From: Octopus vulgaris
Lineage: Eukaryota
Direction: 5' to 3'
DNA length: 64,000 nt
NCBI GenBank assembly: GCA_951406725.2
Contig: OX597825.1
Coordinates: 74,958,001 to 75,022,000 of the forward strand
Below are positions 1 through 12,510 of the stretch, piece by piece. The first letter of the stretch is position 1; each line of letters starts with the position of its first letter. The translations under genes were made by a program, and so were the position numbers. Under the pieces are notes generated by a model that saw only the letters and a program-made list of their open reading frames with translations, was not told where the DNA came from and did not search any database.

Positions 1-504
1 TTGATTAAAATTAATATTTTGATTAAATAAATAAAGTAAAACAAATATTCATTCAAAAGAGCGCTAATCATCTAACTGACATGCATTAGGATTATATATG
101 TGTGAAGGATTATATATGTTTGCGCGCGTCCGTGTGGTTAGGAGATTCTCTTCGTAACAGCGATATCTCAGGTTCAATGCCACTGTTTGGCATCTTGGGC
201 AAATGTCATTTTCTTTAGCCCTGCGTCGTCTCATACCTTTGTGAGTGAAATCAGGGAGGCGGAAATTGTAAAAAACCAGCCGGATGGCTTGTATTTGTAT
301 TTGTAATTCTAAAGGTGCCGTTTTTGTCACGCCGCTTCTCCCCAGGAATTACGTTAAGGGTACACGTGTCTGCGGAATGTCCAATCACTTAGACATTATT
401 TCAGGAGAAGGTAATTAGGTAGATCGAACAACTGAATCTTCATCGTCGTCGAAAGACCGAAATCTACCACCACCAACACCACACACACACACATGCATGC
501 TCAC

Positions 505-660
505 CTGTTTTCAAATATGACAGAAAATATCAACAGGCTCTTCTTTTCCTTGACGGTCTACAATACACGTCTCCATTGATATGTGATTTAACCTTGCTCG
601 AATTACATCACCTCAAATATTTAGACATTCTCACTTTGTCGTCTGGACATTGTTGGTTTT
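505..660 (-). other. Candidate non-coding first (5'UTR) exon of a divergent minus-strand gene
   Basis: Minus strand reads ...TTTGAAAACAG|GTGAGCATGCATGTGTGT, a strong 5' splice site with the intron starting at 504. The sequence is unique and all three frames contain stops. The 5' boundary is a guess. Confidence 0.35.
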
Positions 661-1213
661 TGGATTATTTTTTTTGAATAGAATGAGGACTGGATTGAGT
701 GGTAAATAAAAGAAGCGCGTACTTTAGGCACTTAAACCAAGAGGGTACCTTCCATTTTTTTTCGGCGTCGAATTTACCTGGATATAAATGGTAAATTATA
801 ACAGTTTAAAAACTGAATAGTTGTTGAAAACTCGAATTTTTCCCCTTCTTACCCTTGTTGTAAATGATTCACTTTTATTGCTTACTAAAAAAACCAAAAA
901 ATTAAATAATTGGCTATATTTAATATAGTAGCGGGCTCTGCTTGGCTTGGGAGAAATTTTAAATATTTCAAATTGTGCAACTTTACGTCTTGACAGTTAC
1001 ACAATAAAAGGGCTAGCTAGGTACTTAGGGCATCGGTTGGTCGTAATCCAGTTTGGATTAAAAGTTTATTTCACGTAAATCCAGTTTTATCACAGCTATC
1101 TTGTTAATATCCTAATATGGCTCTGCGTTAAAATTAAATGAAGTCTTGAGATCTGCTTGCTACTTCGCTCTGCTTGTTTCTTCAGAGTTTTATCTCAGTT
1201 CTTCATTTGTGTG

Positions 1214-1249
1214 CTATCTATCTGTCTACCTACCTACCTACCTACCTAC

Positions 1250-1344
<95 letters not shown>

Positions 1345-1393
1345 CCTACCTACCTACCTACCTGCCTACCTACCTGCCTGCCTACCTACCTAC
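1214..1393 (+). repeat. Compound tetranucleotide microsatellite (CTAC)n(CTAT)n(CTAC/CTGC)n
   Basis: Directly visible; explains the YLSI/YLPT ORFs at 1146-1437. Confidence 0.97.
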
Positions 1394-2825
1394 TAACTGA
1401 AGGAGTCTTCTCCTTTAAGACACTTCCTTATGAATAAAGGAAGGACATATTAGAGGCGATGTAGTCCCTGATATTTAGAAAAGACTAGATGGTCGTAACT
1501 GGAATGTTTTTGATCGTAGATGATTTTCCCCTCTCAGCACTGACTTAGGGCTAAATTTTAGCTAAGTCTCTCTTTTAAGTCTCCCTTCATACATACCTGT
1601 TTTTCTCTCTCTTTTTCCCACCCACACACATGGTTTTAGTGCTATCTTCAATTATTCAGGGATTTATATCGGTGTGTTAATTTGTTGAATATATGTAGAT
1701 GATATTGATTTACTTCAAGTATTCGTTTCTTTTTACTCTCCCTGATGAGACCAGTTGTAGATGATCATAACGATTAGATTACATTTCGCTAGCACTGGTT
1801 TATACAGTATCCTGCACAAGTTGAATATTAATTGCATTAATTATGAGACGTTAATTCATTAATTTTACATAACTCCATAGCTATTCCATAATTGGGCATT
1901 ACTTTTGGAATCCGACAGTTAATTGGTAATCAAGTAATATGAAACTTAATAAAAAAGAAAAGAAAGCAACAGGCATTATCTATCTCAGTGATGCTTAATA
2001 ATATCTAATGACATTTTGCATTGAAAGTCTTAGCGTTTAATTCATTCATAAGTTATTTCCAATAATATTTAAGAACCATTCCGCAGAGATACTGTGTGCT
2101 TTAGCAGAAATGTTACAGCGCCGGATTAGATGACTTATAAGCATCTACGGGGTAGATCGTCTTTATTCTTCATACGCCCAGGATCGTGTATGTAATAGAG
2201 TTCGATTCAAAACATTTATTTTACTCTTCCTCCCTTATCTTGTTCCAATGTAAGATTATATTCCCCTGCCATTTGATTATTTCCAAGTTGCAGTTAATTC
2301 ATTCCACATACGTTGTTAAAAGCGTGATTATTATTACACGATCGCATTCATTTCTTCTATAAATTTGTGGCTTAAAGAAAAAAAAGATTAAGGAATCATT
2401 ATTAGCTTTCGTTTTCGTTCGTAACTGTTCATGAGTTCAAATTCTACTATTGTCGACTTCGTCTCTGCGATAGAGAAGAACGGTGACGACGGTCGATAAA
2501 AGAAGTATAAATAATTGCTGCATCGAAGCAATCGATTTCTCCTCCTCCTCACCACGACCACCACCACCTCTTGTTTAGATACGAGAGCTGCAATCGGTCT
2601 CGTACCTAGTGAAAGGAAATCAATTAGATGAGAGTATTGTCAATAATGATTTGTGAAGTTGGTAGTGACGTTGTACAATTGATCAAATATAGATAAATTT
2701 ATTTAGAAATAGAAGTAGAGAAAAGTGTTTGTGAAGTGGTTCTTTTCTTAGAAGCTGTCCCATTCTTTGAAGTGAAGTGTAACCCGTGTGTCATATTAAC
2801 GGAGAGCATCGTTTTTCTTTCTTTC

Positions 2826-2827
<2 letters not shown>

Positions 2828-2878
<51 letters not shown>
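2828..2878 (+). repeat. (CT)n microsatellite just upstream of the candidate first exon
   Basis: About 25 CT units, directly visible. Confidence 0.95.
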
Positions 2879-2882
<4 letters not shown>

Positions 2883-2909
2883 CCTCATCTGAAAGCTCTT
2901 TGTAATATA

Positions 2910-3182
2910 TATCAGATCAAATGAAGTCTGACGACTGCGGTAGCGGTGGAGGAATACTGCAGTAACGCGAGAGGAAGAGACAGACAGAAAGAAAGAGAAG
3001 GAAACGATTGAATGATATTATATCTGAATAGTTTCCAGTTGCAGAATCAATGAAAAAGAGTGTTGGCAAGGAAGTGTTTTCGAAGCTTAAGTCGCCTGCA
3101 CCGGGAAATTCCGACACCAATCGGCAGTGCCAATGTGCTGCAAACATCTATTTATAGATTCTTCACTAATTGAACTATTCTG
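2910..3182 (+). other. Candidate first exon (5'UTR with 35-aa short ORF) of a plus-strand gene with a very long first intron
   Basis: Unique, CpG- and purine-rich segment after the (CT)n tract, ending at CTG|GTAACG (GT at 3183-3184). Contains ATG...TAG at 3050-3157 (MKKSVGKEVFSKLKSPAPGNSDTNRQCQCAANIYL). The start site is inferred. Confidence 0.45.
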
Positions 3183-4093
3183 GTAACGTCACTCTGTCGT
3201 CGTTCTTGCTGAATCTGGGAGATTTCCTTGCTCTGCTGTTGCTTGCTTTATCTCTCTCTCTCTCTCTCTGACCACTGCTGCTAAAGCGAATCTCTATAGT
3301 GACAACATCCAAACACAAAAAGCTTCTACCCCGTCGCCACCACCACCAATACTACTATTCCTACTCCTCATTAACGACCTCCTCTATCTCTGTGCTTCAC
3401 GTCTATCGAATCGAACCTGAAATACACACACACACACATACATACATGTATGTATGTATGTATGTATGTATGTGATGTGCAGTTACGTAGGTGACTTAAA
3501 AGCTTAGGGTTTCGTGTCAATGCACTTGTCAAACAGGTGTTTTGGTACGAAACACTAGGCCTTTGGGGGTAACTACTACTACTAACTACTACTACTATTA
3601 CTACTACTACTAGTAGTAGTAGTAGTAAAATATATCGTTTCCCATATTAACCACGAAGGGTTGGCAAAGACATCCAGTAATAATAATCATAATATCTGCT
3701 TTTGGGTGGAGATGCAGCTAATAATGCATGTCTGTTTGGGATGGGTGAATTGCGTATGCAAATCTGCTGCTCAGAAGATGCTAAGTGTTTGCATGTGTAT
3801 GATGCATAGGTGCTAATAGGCTTGCGTTTGATGCATGGATGGATGGGTGCATCAGTAGGTATATTTGTGGTGCCTAAAGCATATGTAATACGTGAAAGCG
3901 TATATAGTTATATGGCAATGCATAGATGTATATGTTGCAGTTTAAGCCCAGGTCACCGTGACTGAGCATATCTGTGACCAAAGATCTTCCATCTATGACC
4001 ATCCCTCCTTTAATTTCTGACAGTGGGTTGTTATTTGAGGCGTCTGTGGCTACTGTTTCTAGCAGATGTCATATGCATCTACTTTTTGCAAAT

Positions 4094-4471
4094 GCTGGCA
4101 GAAACGTTAGCACGCCGGGCGAAATGCGTAGCCGTATTTCGTCTGCCGCTACGTTCTGAGTTCAAATTCCGCCGAGGTCGACTTTGCCTTTCATCCTCTC
4201 GGGGTCGATTAAATAAGTACCAGTTACGCACTGGGGTCGATATAATCGACTTAATCCGTTTGTCCTCTGTGTTTAGCCCCTTGTGGGCAATAAAGAAATA
4301 TATATTTCGTCTGCCGCTACGTTCTGAGTTCAAATTCCGCCGAGGTCGACTTTGCTTTTCATCCTCTCGGGGTCGATTAAATAAGTACCAGTTTCGCACT
4401 GGGGTCGATATAATCGACTTAATCCGTTTGTCTGTCCTTGTTTGTCCTCTCTGTGGGTAGTAAAGAAATAG
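4094..4471 (+). mobile_element. tRNA-derived SINE family A, head-to-tail partial dimer
   Basis: A-box-like TGGCAGAAACGTTAG and B-box-like GAGTTCAAATTCC; central GCCTTTCATCCTYTCGGGGTCGAT block (resembles the Sauria/Meta-SINE central domain, from memory); AATAAAGAAATA tail. Segment 4135-4300 is repeated at 4303-4471. More than 15 related copies in the window. Confidence 0.85.
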
Positions 4472-4514
4472 ATTATGAATTCAACGTTTAGGACCGTATT
4501 CAAAATGGGCGTTG

Positions 4515-4710
4515 TCGTTTAATCCCAGGTCAAATCCGACTGAGTAGGCCTATGGTCAAAAGCGTTTCTAGCAATGGCCATCTCGTTCTTCCGTTGGACA
4601 TTGCAAACCTGGTAGTATAATATGGAATGCGTCTCTCTGAAGACGGTAGATTGGGATTTGGTAACTATTTCCAGCCTTTTCAGTGACTGATGAGGTTCCC
4701 GCGTTAGCTC
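4515..4710 (+). repeat. Ancient interspersed repeat family G (representative copy)
   Basis: Degenerate motif chain CCCAGGTCA...GACCTATGATCAAAGGCATTCC...ATGACCATCC...GATTTGGCTGCTATTTCTAGC recurs at ~1410-1560(-), 3935-4075, 4930-5120, 12790-13010(-), 23060-23310, 37490-37680, 38290-38520, 43610-43800(-) and 59570-59690. Class unknown. Confidence 0.65.
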
Positions 4711-7384
4711 CTTACAATTAGATATACATGGTTAGATATCTGTATGGGACATATTGCTCGTATACTTGCAATCTTGCGTTGCATCGATGCAACAAAAGGC
4801 ACATGTATATTCCCTCGTCTATTCGGACATGTTTCATATGCTCCTTTAATCGCATATAACTTAAAATTACTATCATTCTTATTTTAATTGAGTCTTGTGT
4901 GTGTACGTGTGTTAGCGTGTTCGTACAGTGAATGTTTAGTCTAAATCAGCATTAGTCGAGCAGGTCCTATGATAAAAGCTATTTCGACTGTGACAATCTT
5001 TTTTTATTCAAGCAGTGGACTGCATTATCCAATCTATACTTTCTCTTTCAAGGAAAGTAGGAAGTAATTTGAGAGGACATTTCTAATAAACTGAGCGATA
5101 AAGAAGTTCCCTCCTTATCTCATGGTATACGCGCACGCACATGTTTGTGTGTTTTGTCTGTTCGGTTTCTTATTAGCGACAGCAATGATTGAATAAACTT
5201 ATAAAACCGAAATGCATTTAACCGTGAGCAGCCCATCTTTATAATACGATAGGGTGTAATTTGAAGGAGATTTGGTTGCTTTTTCTAGCTGATCGAGTGA
5301 CCGGGTAGGGGCTCCTCCGTTGTAATATAATATGTGCGTGTATATTATGTACGTCTGTATACGTATAAACCTTCTCCCTCCCCAAATACTCTATAATCGC
5401 ATAACATTTTGAATGGAGTAAACAAAATCTAATACATGACTGTTGTTATACTCGTCTGTTTACCTATATTATTTGGTATTCAATATTTACATACCAATCA
5501 AAAATAGACACTAGGAATTGATTATTTCTGATTTGCACAATTTCGCTTCACTCTCCATTTACTTTTGACATTCAAGCCTCCTGTCGTATTTATTTTATTG
5601 GTAGAAAATCGCTAGAAGTGTCGGATAAAATGTGTCTTGCGGTATTTAATTATGATCTTATAGGTCTTCAGTTCAAATTCCGCCGAGGTCAATATTTGTC
5701 ATTCATCCTTCCGTGTTCGATAAAATAAGTACGTTTGAGTACCAGGAGTCGATCTGATCGACCATAACCCCTCCCCAAATTTGAAACCATGCGCCTGCGT
5801 TAGAAATCAATATTTATAATTAGTGTCGATTTCATTTGACTATAACCCAACATCTCTCTCTCCTGAAATATTTGCTTTGTTGCTTAGTGTAAAGAAATCA
5901 ATATTGGCGTTGAATTTGTCCAATCTTAAGTAACAAGCAAAAATGTTCAATATGATTGAATATCCTTCAGTCATCGTTATGTGTATAGTGTATTTATTCA
6001 CTTTAGATTTACAGGAAGGGTTGTAGACATACGTATTGGCATTCCTATTCTTCAAACATTCGTGCATATTAAGCGCCATGGTTTGGTAGTTTGGAGAAAA
6101 GAAAGGGGGGAAAAAACTATATATAATTCGATTTTATTTTTAATTTATTTTTATTTTTACATACGCATTGCACCATAAGAAATTATATTGGAAATTGGAA
6201 AAGTAAGGAAATGCAGTGAAAATGAACGTGTTCCAACTGAGAATTGGAACAGGGTCGTGCGATTAGTTAGCTAACATTGTGCTGCACCATGGCATGTCAG
6301 TCTACAGTACATTATAAAAGGCTGCACCATAATCAATGACATATGTACAAGCATTCATGCATACATGTGAACATATATACATCATCATCATTTTACGTCC
6401 TTTTTTTCCATGCTTGCATGGGTTGGATGGGTCTTCTGCAGCATTGTCTCTCTACACTTGCTGCTAACCGTTTCCATCTCTTTAACGGGGTTCAACCTCT
6501 TCAGAAACAACTTTCATTACTTCTTTCTTGGGTTAACACACACATGCACACGGTGGTGTATAAGGTGCTTGATCAGTAGAGTCAGTAGTGCAACAGATAC
6601 CATGTTTTGTGATATTTGTTCTAGCTCTCTACAGTTTTGAGTTCTCATCCCACAAGGTCAATTTTGCATTTCGGTCCTTTCAGGGTCAGTGAATAAAGTA
6701 CCAGCCCTCTTCTTGTATATCTCTCTCTGCTTCCATATTTTACGTACCGTATGTTCTCCAGGGTTGAGAGTGTCAGGGTTAACAAGTATCTCTTTGTCAC
6801 TGCATGGCCTCTTAGAAAACTTGGCAAAATCATAGTACCTGATACCAAGTGATTTTCTGTTATGAGTGTCGGTTATAATAAATCTTTCATTTCAGTCATT
6901 TGACTGTAGCTATGCTGGGGCATCACCATGAAGGGTTTTTACTAAAAAACAAAAAATCAACCCCAGTACTTATTTTTTTAATTTTGACACTTATCCTGTC
7001 ATCCCTTTTTGCTAAAGTGCTAAGTTACAGGGACGTAAACAAACCAACACCAGTTGTCAAATGGAGGGCAAACACACGCACATACACGTGTGGGCTTCCA
7101 CACAGTTTCCGTCTACCAAATTCACTCTCAAGATATTGATTGTCCCAGGAATATAGTAGAAGGGCAATCAGTCTCTTTTTGCGCTGGGAGACTGTACATT
7201 TACCTTTTACTTGCTTCACTCATTGGACTGCAGCCATTCTGGGGCACCACCTTGTTGGGTTTAGCCAAACAAATCAGTCTCTTTTTGCTTAACTGTTAAG
7301 TTGCAGACACAAGCAAACCCACACTGGTTGTCAAGTAGAGGTGGGGGACAAATACAAAGACGTGTGTGTATAATATATTTGTTG

Positions 7385-7660
7385 GGTTCACAATCATGAG
7401 GTAGTGAGTTCGATTCCTGGACTAGGATGTATGTTGTTCTCTTGAGCAAGACACTTTATTTCACATTGCTGCAGTTCATTCAGCTGTAGAAATAAGTTGC
7501 CTTTCCCTTGGATAACACCGGTGGTGTGGAGACGGGAGGCTGGTATGCATGGGTGGCTGCTGGTCTTCCATAAAACAACCTTGCCCGGACTTGTGCCTCA
7601 GGGGGTAACTTTCTAGGTGCAATGCCATGGTCATTCATAACCGAAGGGGCTCTACCCTTG
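7385..7660 (+). mobile_element. 5'-truncated tRNA-derived SINE (head shared with family C, different tail)
   Basis: B-box GAGTTCGATTCC followed by CTTGAGCAAGACACTTTATTTCACATTGCT, shared with the copies at 22443 and 55008. Confidence 0.65.
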
Positions 7661-7959
7661 CTTGTGTTTGTATATATAATATGATATAATGACTTGGTTC
7701 CAAACAGTTTCTATCTACCAAATTCATCTACCAGTCTGGGGCTATAGTAGAAGACACTTATCCAATGTACTGCACTGTGAGATGGAACCTGAAACCACAT
7801 TGTTGCAAAATGAGCTTTTTAACCACACAGCCATGCCTGCACCACACCCACCCACACACACAATACTTTTATTGGTTAATAAAAAGGGGGTGTTAATCCC
7901 CTGACCATTTCATTTTGCGGCATACTGGTCAGATTAATGCAATTAATATTCCTTTACAA

Positions 7960-7997
<38 letters not shown>

Positions 7998-8640
7998 CCA
8001 TGGTAGAATTACTAGGCAATTCTCTTTGTGTTGTTGAAGAATAGAATATTGTTGGGGGATTCTGTTCTGAGACCTTGTGTAGATCTGACAAGTATTTGAT
8101 GTAGCATGGTTCTTTCTTGTTAAGAAACATATTGATTTCAATATGAATGTCAGAATTGGTAGTGTGTTAGATTAAATGCCTAGCTTTGTTTAATCTTTGT
8201 CATGCATTTGGTTTCTCATTCTCTCTTTCTCTCTACCACCACCATCATCATCATCATTATCTTAATATTTGTATTATTTATGGTGGCCGGAGCTCATGTT
8301 CACAATTTAGAATCAAATAATAAATAATTTCTTTGTCCACATAAGACACCTGGCTTTGTTATACCTTGATCTTAAAGCCTACTTATTGGCATCATCTGAC
8401 AGTTACTGCCAGACCCAAGTATGACCACCATATACCCTCTCATTCCAGCCTACTACTGGCAAAATCATTAAACTTTCAGTGAAGCTGGTTCAAGATGATT
8501 ATTTGGTCTGCCCTGGAGAGCCAAGGAGAGGCTTGTGATTGTGCTGGACAAGGAACCTCACCCCACCCAAAAACTCCCATAAAACCCACTAAGATTGCTT
8601 TGCAGTCACATGATTTTTACTATAGCTATAGTAGAAGGTA

Positions 8641-8875
8641 CCTATTTCTTTACTACCCACAAGGGGCTAAACACAGAGAGGACAAACAAGGACACACAAA
8701 CGGATTAAGTCGATTACATCGACCCCAGTGCATAACTGGTACTTAATTTATTGACTCCGAAAGGATGAAAGGCAAAGTCGACCTCGGCTGAATTTGAACT
8801 CAGAACGTAGTGGCAGATGAAATACGGCTACACATTTCGCCCGGCGTGCTAACGTTTCTGCCAGCTCCCCACCTT
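8641..8875 (-). mobile_element. SINE family A copy nested in a family B remnant
   Basis: Reverse complement of the 4094 element, flanked by an AGTAGAAGG(T/C)AC duplication. Confidence 0.85.
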
Positions 8876-9430
8876 AAGTAGAAGGCACTATGCAGCTGAC
8901 CAATGACGTGTGAGTAAATTTGGTAAAGGGAAACTATGGAAGCTCATTGTGTGTATGTGGGCGTGTCAGTGTGTGTGTTTGTGATTGTCCCCTACCACTG
9001 CTTCACAACTGGTGTTAGTTTGTTTACATCCCCATAACTTAACACCTCAGCAAAAGAGCCCAATAGAATAAATACGAAACTTAAGAATAAGTACTGATGT
9101 CAGTTTGTTTAATTAAACCCTTTAAGGCGGTGCCCCAGCATGGCCACTGTCCTATGACTGAAATGAAAAAAAGTTAAAAAGTCCTTTTTGAATTTTGAAA
9201 GAAAATTCCTCCCGGGGCCCTGAAAGTAACCTTGTTATGCCTCACTAAATTTCTCTCAGTGGCTCTGTCTTATGTACTTTTAGTTATTACATTAGTGTGC
9301 AATCTATGAAGTTGGTCGGGGGTCATTACTTAATTGATACATGTTGTTATTAACTCCAGGTCAGTTCTATTTGTATTTGGTCATGCCTATAATTAAATGT
9401 GTCCTAGCCTTGATCAGGCTGCTTGCTTTT

Positions 9431-9821
9431 CTTTTTTACTTGTTTCAGTCATTTGACTGCGACCATGCTGGAGCACCACCTTTAATCGAGCAAATCGATC
9501 CCGGGACTTATTCTTTTGTAAGCCCAGTACTTATTCTATCGGTCTCTTTTGCTGAACCGCTAAGTAACGGGGACATAGACGCACCAGCATCGGTTGTCAA
9601 GCAATGCTAGGGGGACAAATACAGACACACAAACACACACACGCATATATATACATATATACGACGGGCTTCTTTCAGTTTCCGTCTACCAAATCCACTC
9701 ACAGGGCTTTGGTCGGCCCGAGGCTATAGTAGAAGACACTTGCCCAAGGTGCCATGCAGTGGGACTGAACCCGGAACCATGTGGTTGGTAAACAAGCTAC
9801 TTACCACACAGCCACTCCTGC
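9431..9821 (-). mobile_element. tRNA-derived CORE-like SINE family B, young full-length copy
   Basis: Head GCAGGAGTGGCTGTGTGGTAAG...GGTTCAGTCCC, CORE-like GGCACCTTGGGCAAGTG, internal (TA)/(TG) tract, tail GACTGAAACAAGTAAAA. Flanked by a GCTTGCTTTTCTTTTT duplication. Near-identical to 20480, 58661 and 60701. Confidence 0.88.
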
Positions 9822-10618
9822 TTGCTTTTCTTTTTGTTTTGTTTTTTTCTTGCAGTGTGGATCTGCAGTTACATTGTCTAACATGTTCTTCCTACTTCCA
9901 AGAGCTGGATGCAGTTTGAGAGATATTTTGCTGTTGTTTCTAGCATGTTGCTTGATCGCCTAGTAGCTCAACCAATGAATGAGCTTTTGTTAGTGTGCAT
10001 TACTGAACTTAAATAATTTATCTTCAAGCAAAGCACATTGGATTTATAGAATTTAAAATCTATCTCTGTTCTATAGTACCAACGCTAAGAATTCTTCACT
10101 GTCTCTTCTTAGATAAAAAAAAAATACTGAAAGCTTAGAAATACCCTGCTGTACTTTTTATATTTCAAATATGATAGAGTTCCACATAAAGTCAGTTGTA
10201 TAGAAAAGAAGGTGTGATAAATTTATTACAGATAAATGTGTTATGTGTCTGTTTTTACATACAAATAGCATGAAAAAAAAATAGAGGCTGATATTTCCAG
10301 ATAAAATTTGTATAACAGTTTGTGTGTTTGAAAATCTGGCTGTTCTGATTTCAAAACCACCTCCCCACCTACATGTGAAGAAATCAGTATTTAGTTAACT
10401 GTTTATAACAAAAAGTGAAGCAAGCAGAATATCTTGAGTTGGCCAATGCCATGAATTTAGACAATTCAGAGGTTGGTGGTGATACAATGTCTGCAAATAT
10501 ATATATATATATATATATATGAATAAATAAAGGATAAGATCGTTAATTTGAAATAAAATAACGATTTTATCAAGTGGTCAGCATGGAAAAAATAACCTTT
10601 AAATGTAATAATTATTAA

Positions 10619-10810
10619 AATTATAAATTAGGGTATCTACGAGACACCACCATGCTGAAAATAGCAGCCATGATCTGACTCTAAAACCACCTTAATTGTC
10701 CATATATGGATATATATGTTGATATATGGACAATTAAAGTGGTTTTAGAGTCAGATCATGGCTGCTATTTTCAGCATGGTGGTGTATCGTAGATGCCCTA
10801 ATTTATAATT
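10619..10810. repeat. Long inverted repeat (89-bp arms, 14-nt spacer) inside a TA-flanked element
   Basis: 10619-10707 is the reverse complement of 10722-10810 with 3 mismatches. Confidence 0.95.
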
Positions 10811-11009
10811 ATATATATATATGTATATATATATACATACATACACACACACACACTCACACACATAATAATATAAGCAATATATAAATATATGCATATA
10901 TACATACATTTATGTAAATACCTACATATATATGTATATATATACTTGCATATATGAGTACCTGCTTTGTAGAGTCCTGTCAGAAGCAACTTTTGTGATA
11001 CTTGCTTGC

Positions 11010-11270
11010 TGGATTCCTAAGTGTGACCAATTGAGACTATGGACATCCACCAAATATCTTCCCCTTGCTTTAACCCTAGGTCTCCTGCCAGTTGGCTTGG
11101 CTTGAAGAGTTCATCTTGTGATTCTCTCCTGCTACATTCTAATCACAAGTCTGTAGTAACATTGCTGTGACCCCTTAAAGCACAGAAGTAGTGGTTTGGC
11201 CTGGAGAAATTCTCTGATCTTTGAGTCATGCACCCTGTTGAGTAATGTTACACCAGAGATATTCTTAACA
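11010..11270 (-). mobile_element. Ancient RTE-clade LINE fragment (RT C-terminal region)
   Basis: Manual translation NISGVTLLNRVHDSKIREFLQAKPLLLCFKGSQQCYYRLVIRM*QERITR*TLQAKPTGRRPRVKAR fits the RTE pattern (I.GV.L.DRV.S..IR..L...PLLL....QLRW.GH..RM...PTGRRPRGRP). Confidence 0.75.
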
Positions 11271-12279
11271 AATTGAAATTTGTCTTTTAGTTGCAGAAAG
11301 TAAACAAAAACCTAAAAGTTCTTATTAGCTGCCTTTTGAAGAAAAAAATGAGATAATTTCAAGAAATAATGAATTAATTTTACTGAAAATTTAATTTTTA
11401 TGTTTAAGAGGGGTAAGTATTATCTTTGAAAGTAGGCAAAGTATTATTAAATCTCTTTAATGAAACTTAATCTTTTCAAGTTTGTTATTTATTATATGAC
11501 AGTTAGAAATTCTGTTGTTTAATAATAATAATAATTTCAAATTTTGCCACATGGGCAGCCATTTTGAGGGAGGAAACGAGTTGATTACATCGACCCTAGT
11601 GTTCAAGTGGTACATATTTTATCGACTATGATAGGATGAAAGGCAAATTTGACCTTGGCAGAATTTGAACTCAGAACGTAGCTACAGATGAAATTTGTCC
11701 AGCATAATAATATTAATGATAACTCTGGACAGTTCCTTTTGTAGCCTCTTGTAAAGGCAATCAGCTCTAGAGGTTTGAGGAATCAGACATCACTATGTCA
11801 TGGAAACTTTGCATCCATGGTATATGGAAGTCAATGGAAAATATATTTCCTGATATGGAATTCCATGTTATGGCAAGATTTTAAGAAACACTTCTGTAAT
11901 GCAGGGGCACCTATATAAACCAAGTCACAACTGGTTCAATTGCCATATATAATAAAATTATTATATTGAATATATTTTTAAATTCGAAAGTTTGTTTGGT
12001 GTTGTATTCACAGTAGTCTCGTTTATGAAGGGCTATTTTATGGTCTGAAACATGTAATAGGTTGTTCACATTAAAAGATAACACATATAGTATGTTGTTG
12101 TTGAATGTTTGAGTGCTTATGCAACTGTACAAAGCTACTGTGTGTGTGATGTAGGCTTTGCTATTTCAAAAGAAGTTTGATTCTGGTTCAGTCTCACACT
12201 TTGGAGTAAGTGCCTTTCGTAATAGCTTTGGGCCAACCAATTCCTTGTGAGAAAATTTGGTTGATAGAAACTAAAAGAA

Positions 12280-12510
12280 GGCGGCGAGCTGGCAGAAACA
12301 TTAGCACACCTGCCAAAATGCTTAGCGGTATTTTGTCTGTTGTTACGTTCTGAGTTCAAATTCCGCCGAGATCGATTTTGCCTTTCATCCTTTCGGGGTC
12401 GATAAATTAAGTACCAGTTATGCACTGGGGTCAATGTAATCGACTTAATCCTTTTGTTTGTCCTTGTTTGTCCCCTCTATGTTTAGCCTCTTGTGGGCAA
12501 TAATGAAATA
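12280..12510 (+). mobile_element. SINE family A full-length copy inserted in a family B copy
   Basis: Runs from GGCGGCGAGCTGGCAGAA to an AATAATGAAATA tail; 15-bp TSD AGAAACT(A/G)AAAGAAG. Confidence 0.88.

Larger units (their letters stand above)
1..6250. promoter_or_regulatory. CpG-retaining (probably unmethylated) promoter-proximal domain
   Basis: By eye, CpG is frequent in unique and repeat sequence up to ~6250 and becomes scarce afterwards, with TpG/CpA excess. The domain contains two candidate first-exon donors and a long (CT)n tract. Not quantified. Confidence 0.6.

Noticed and set aside
1088-1110. TATCACAGC miR-2/K-box-like start
   Set aside because: No complementary arm upstream.
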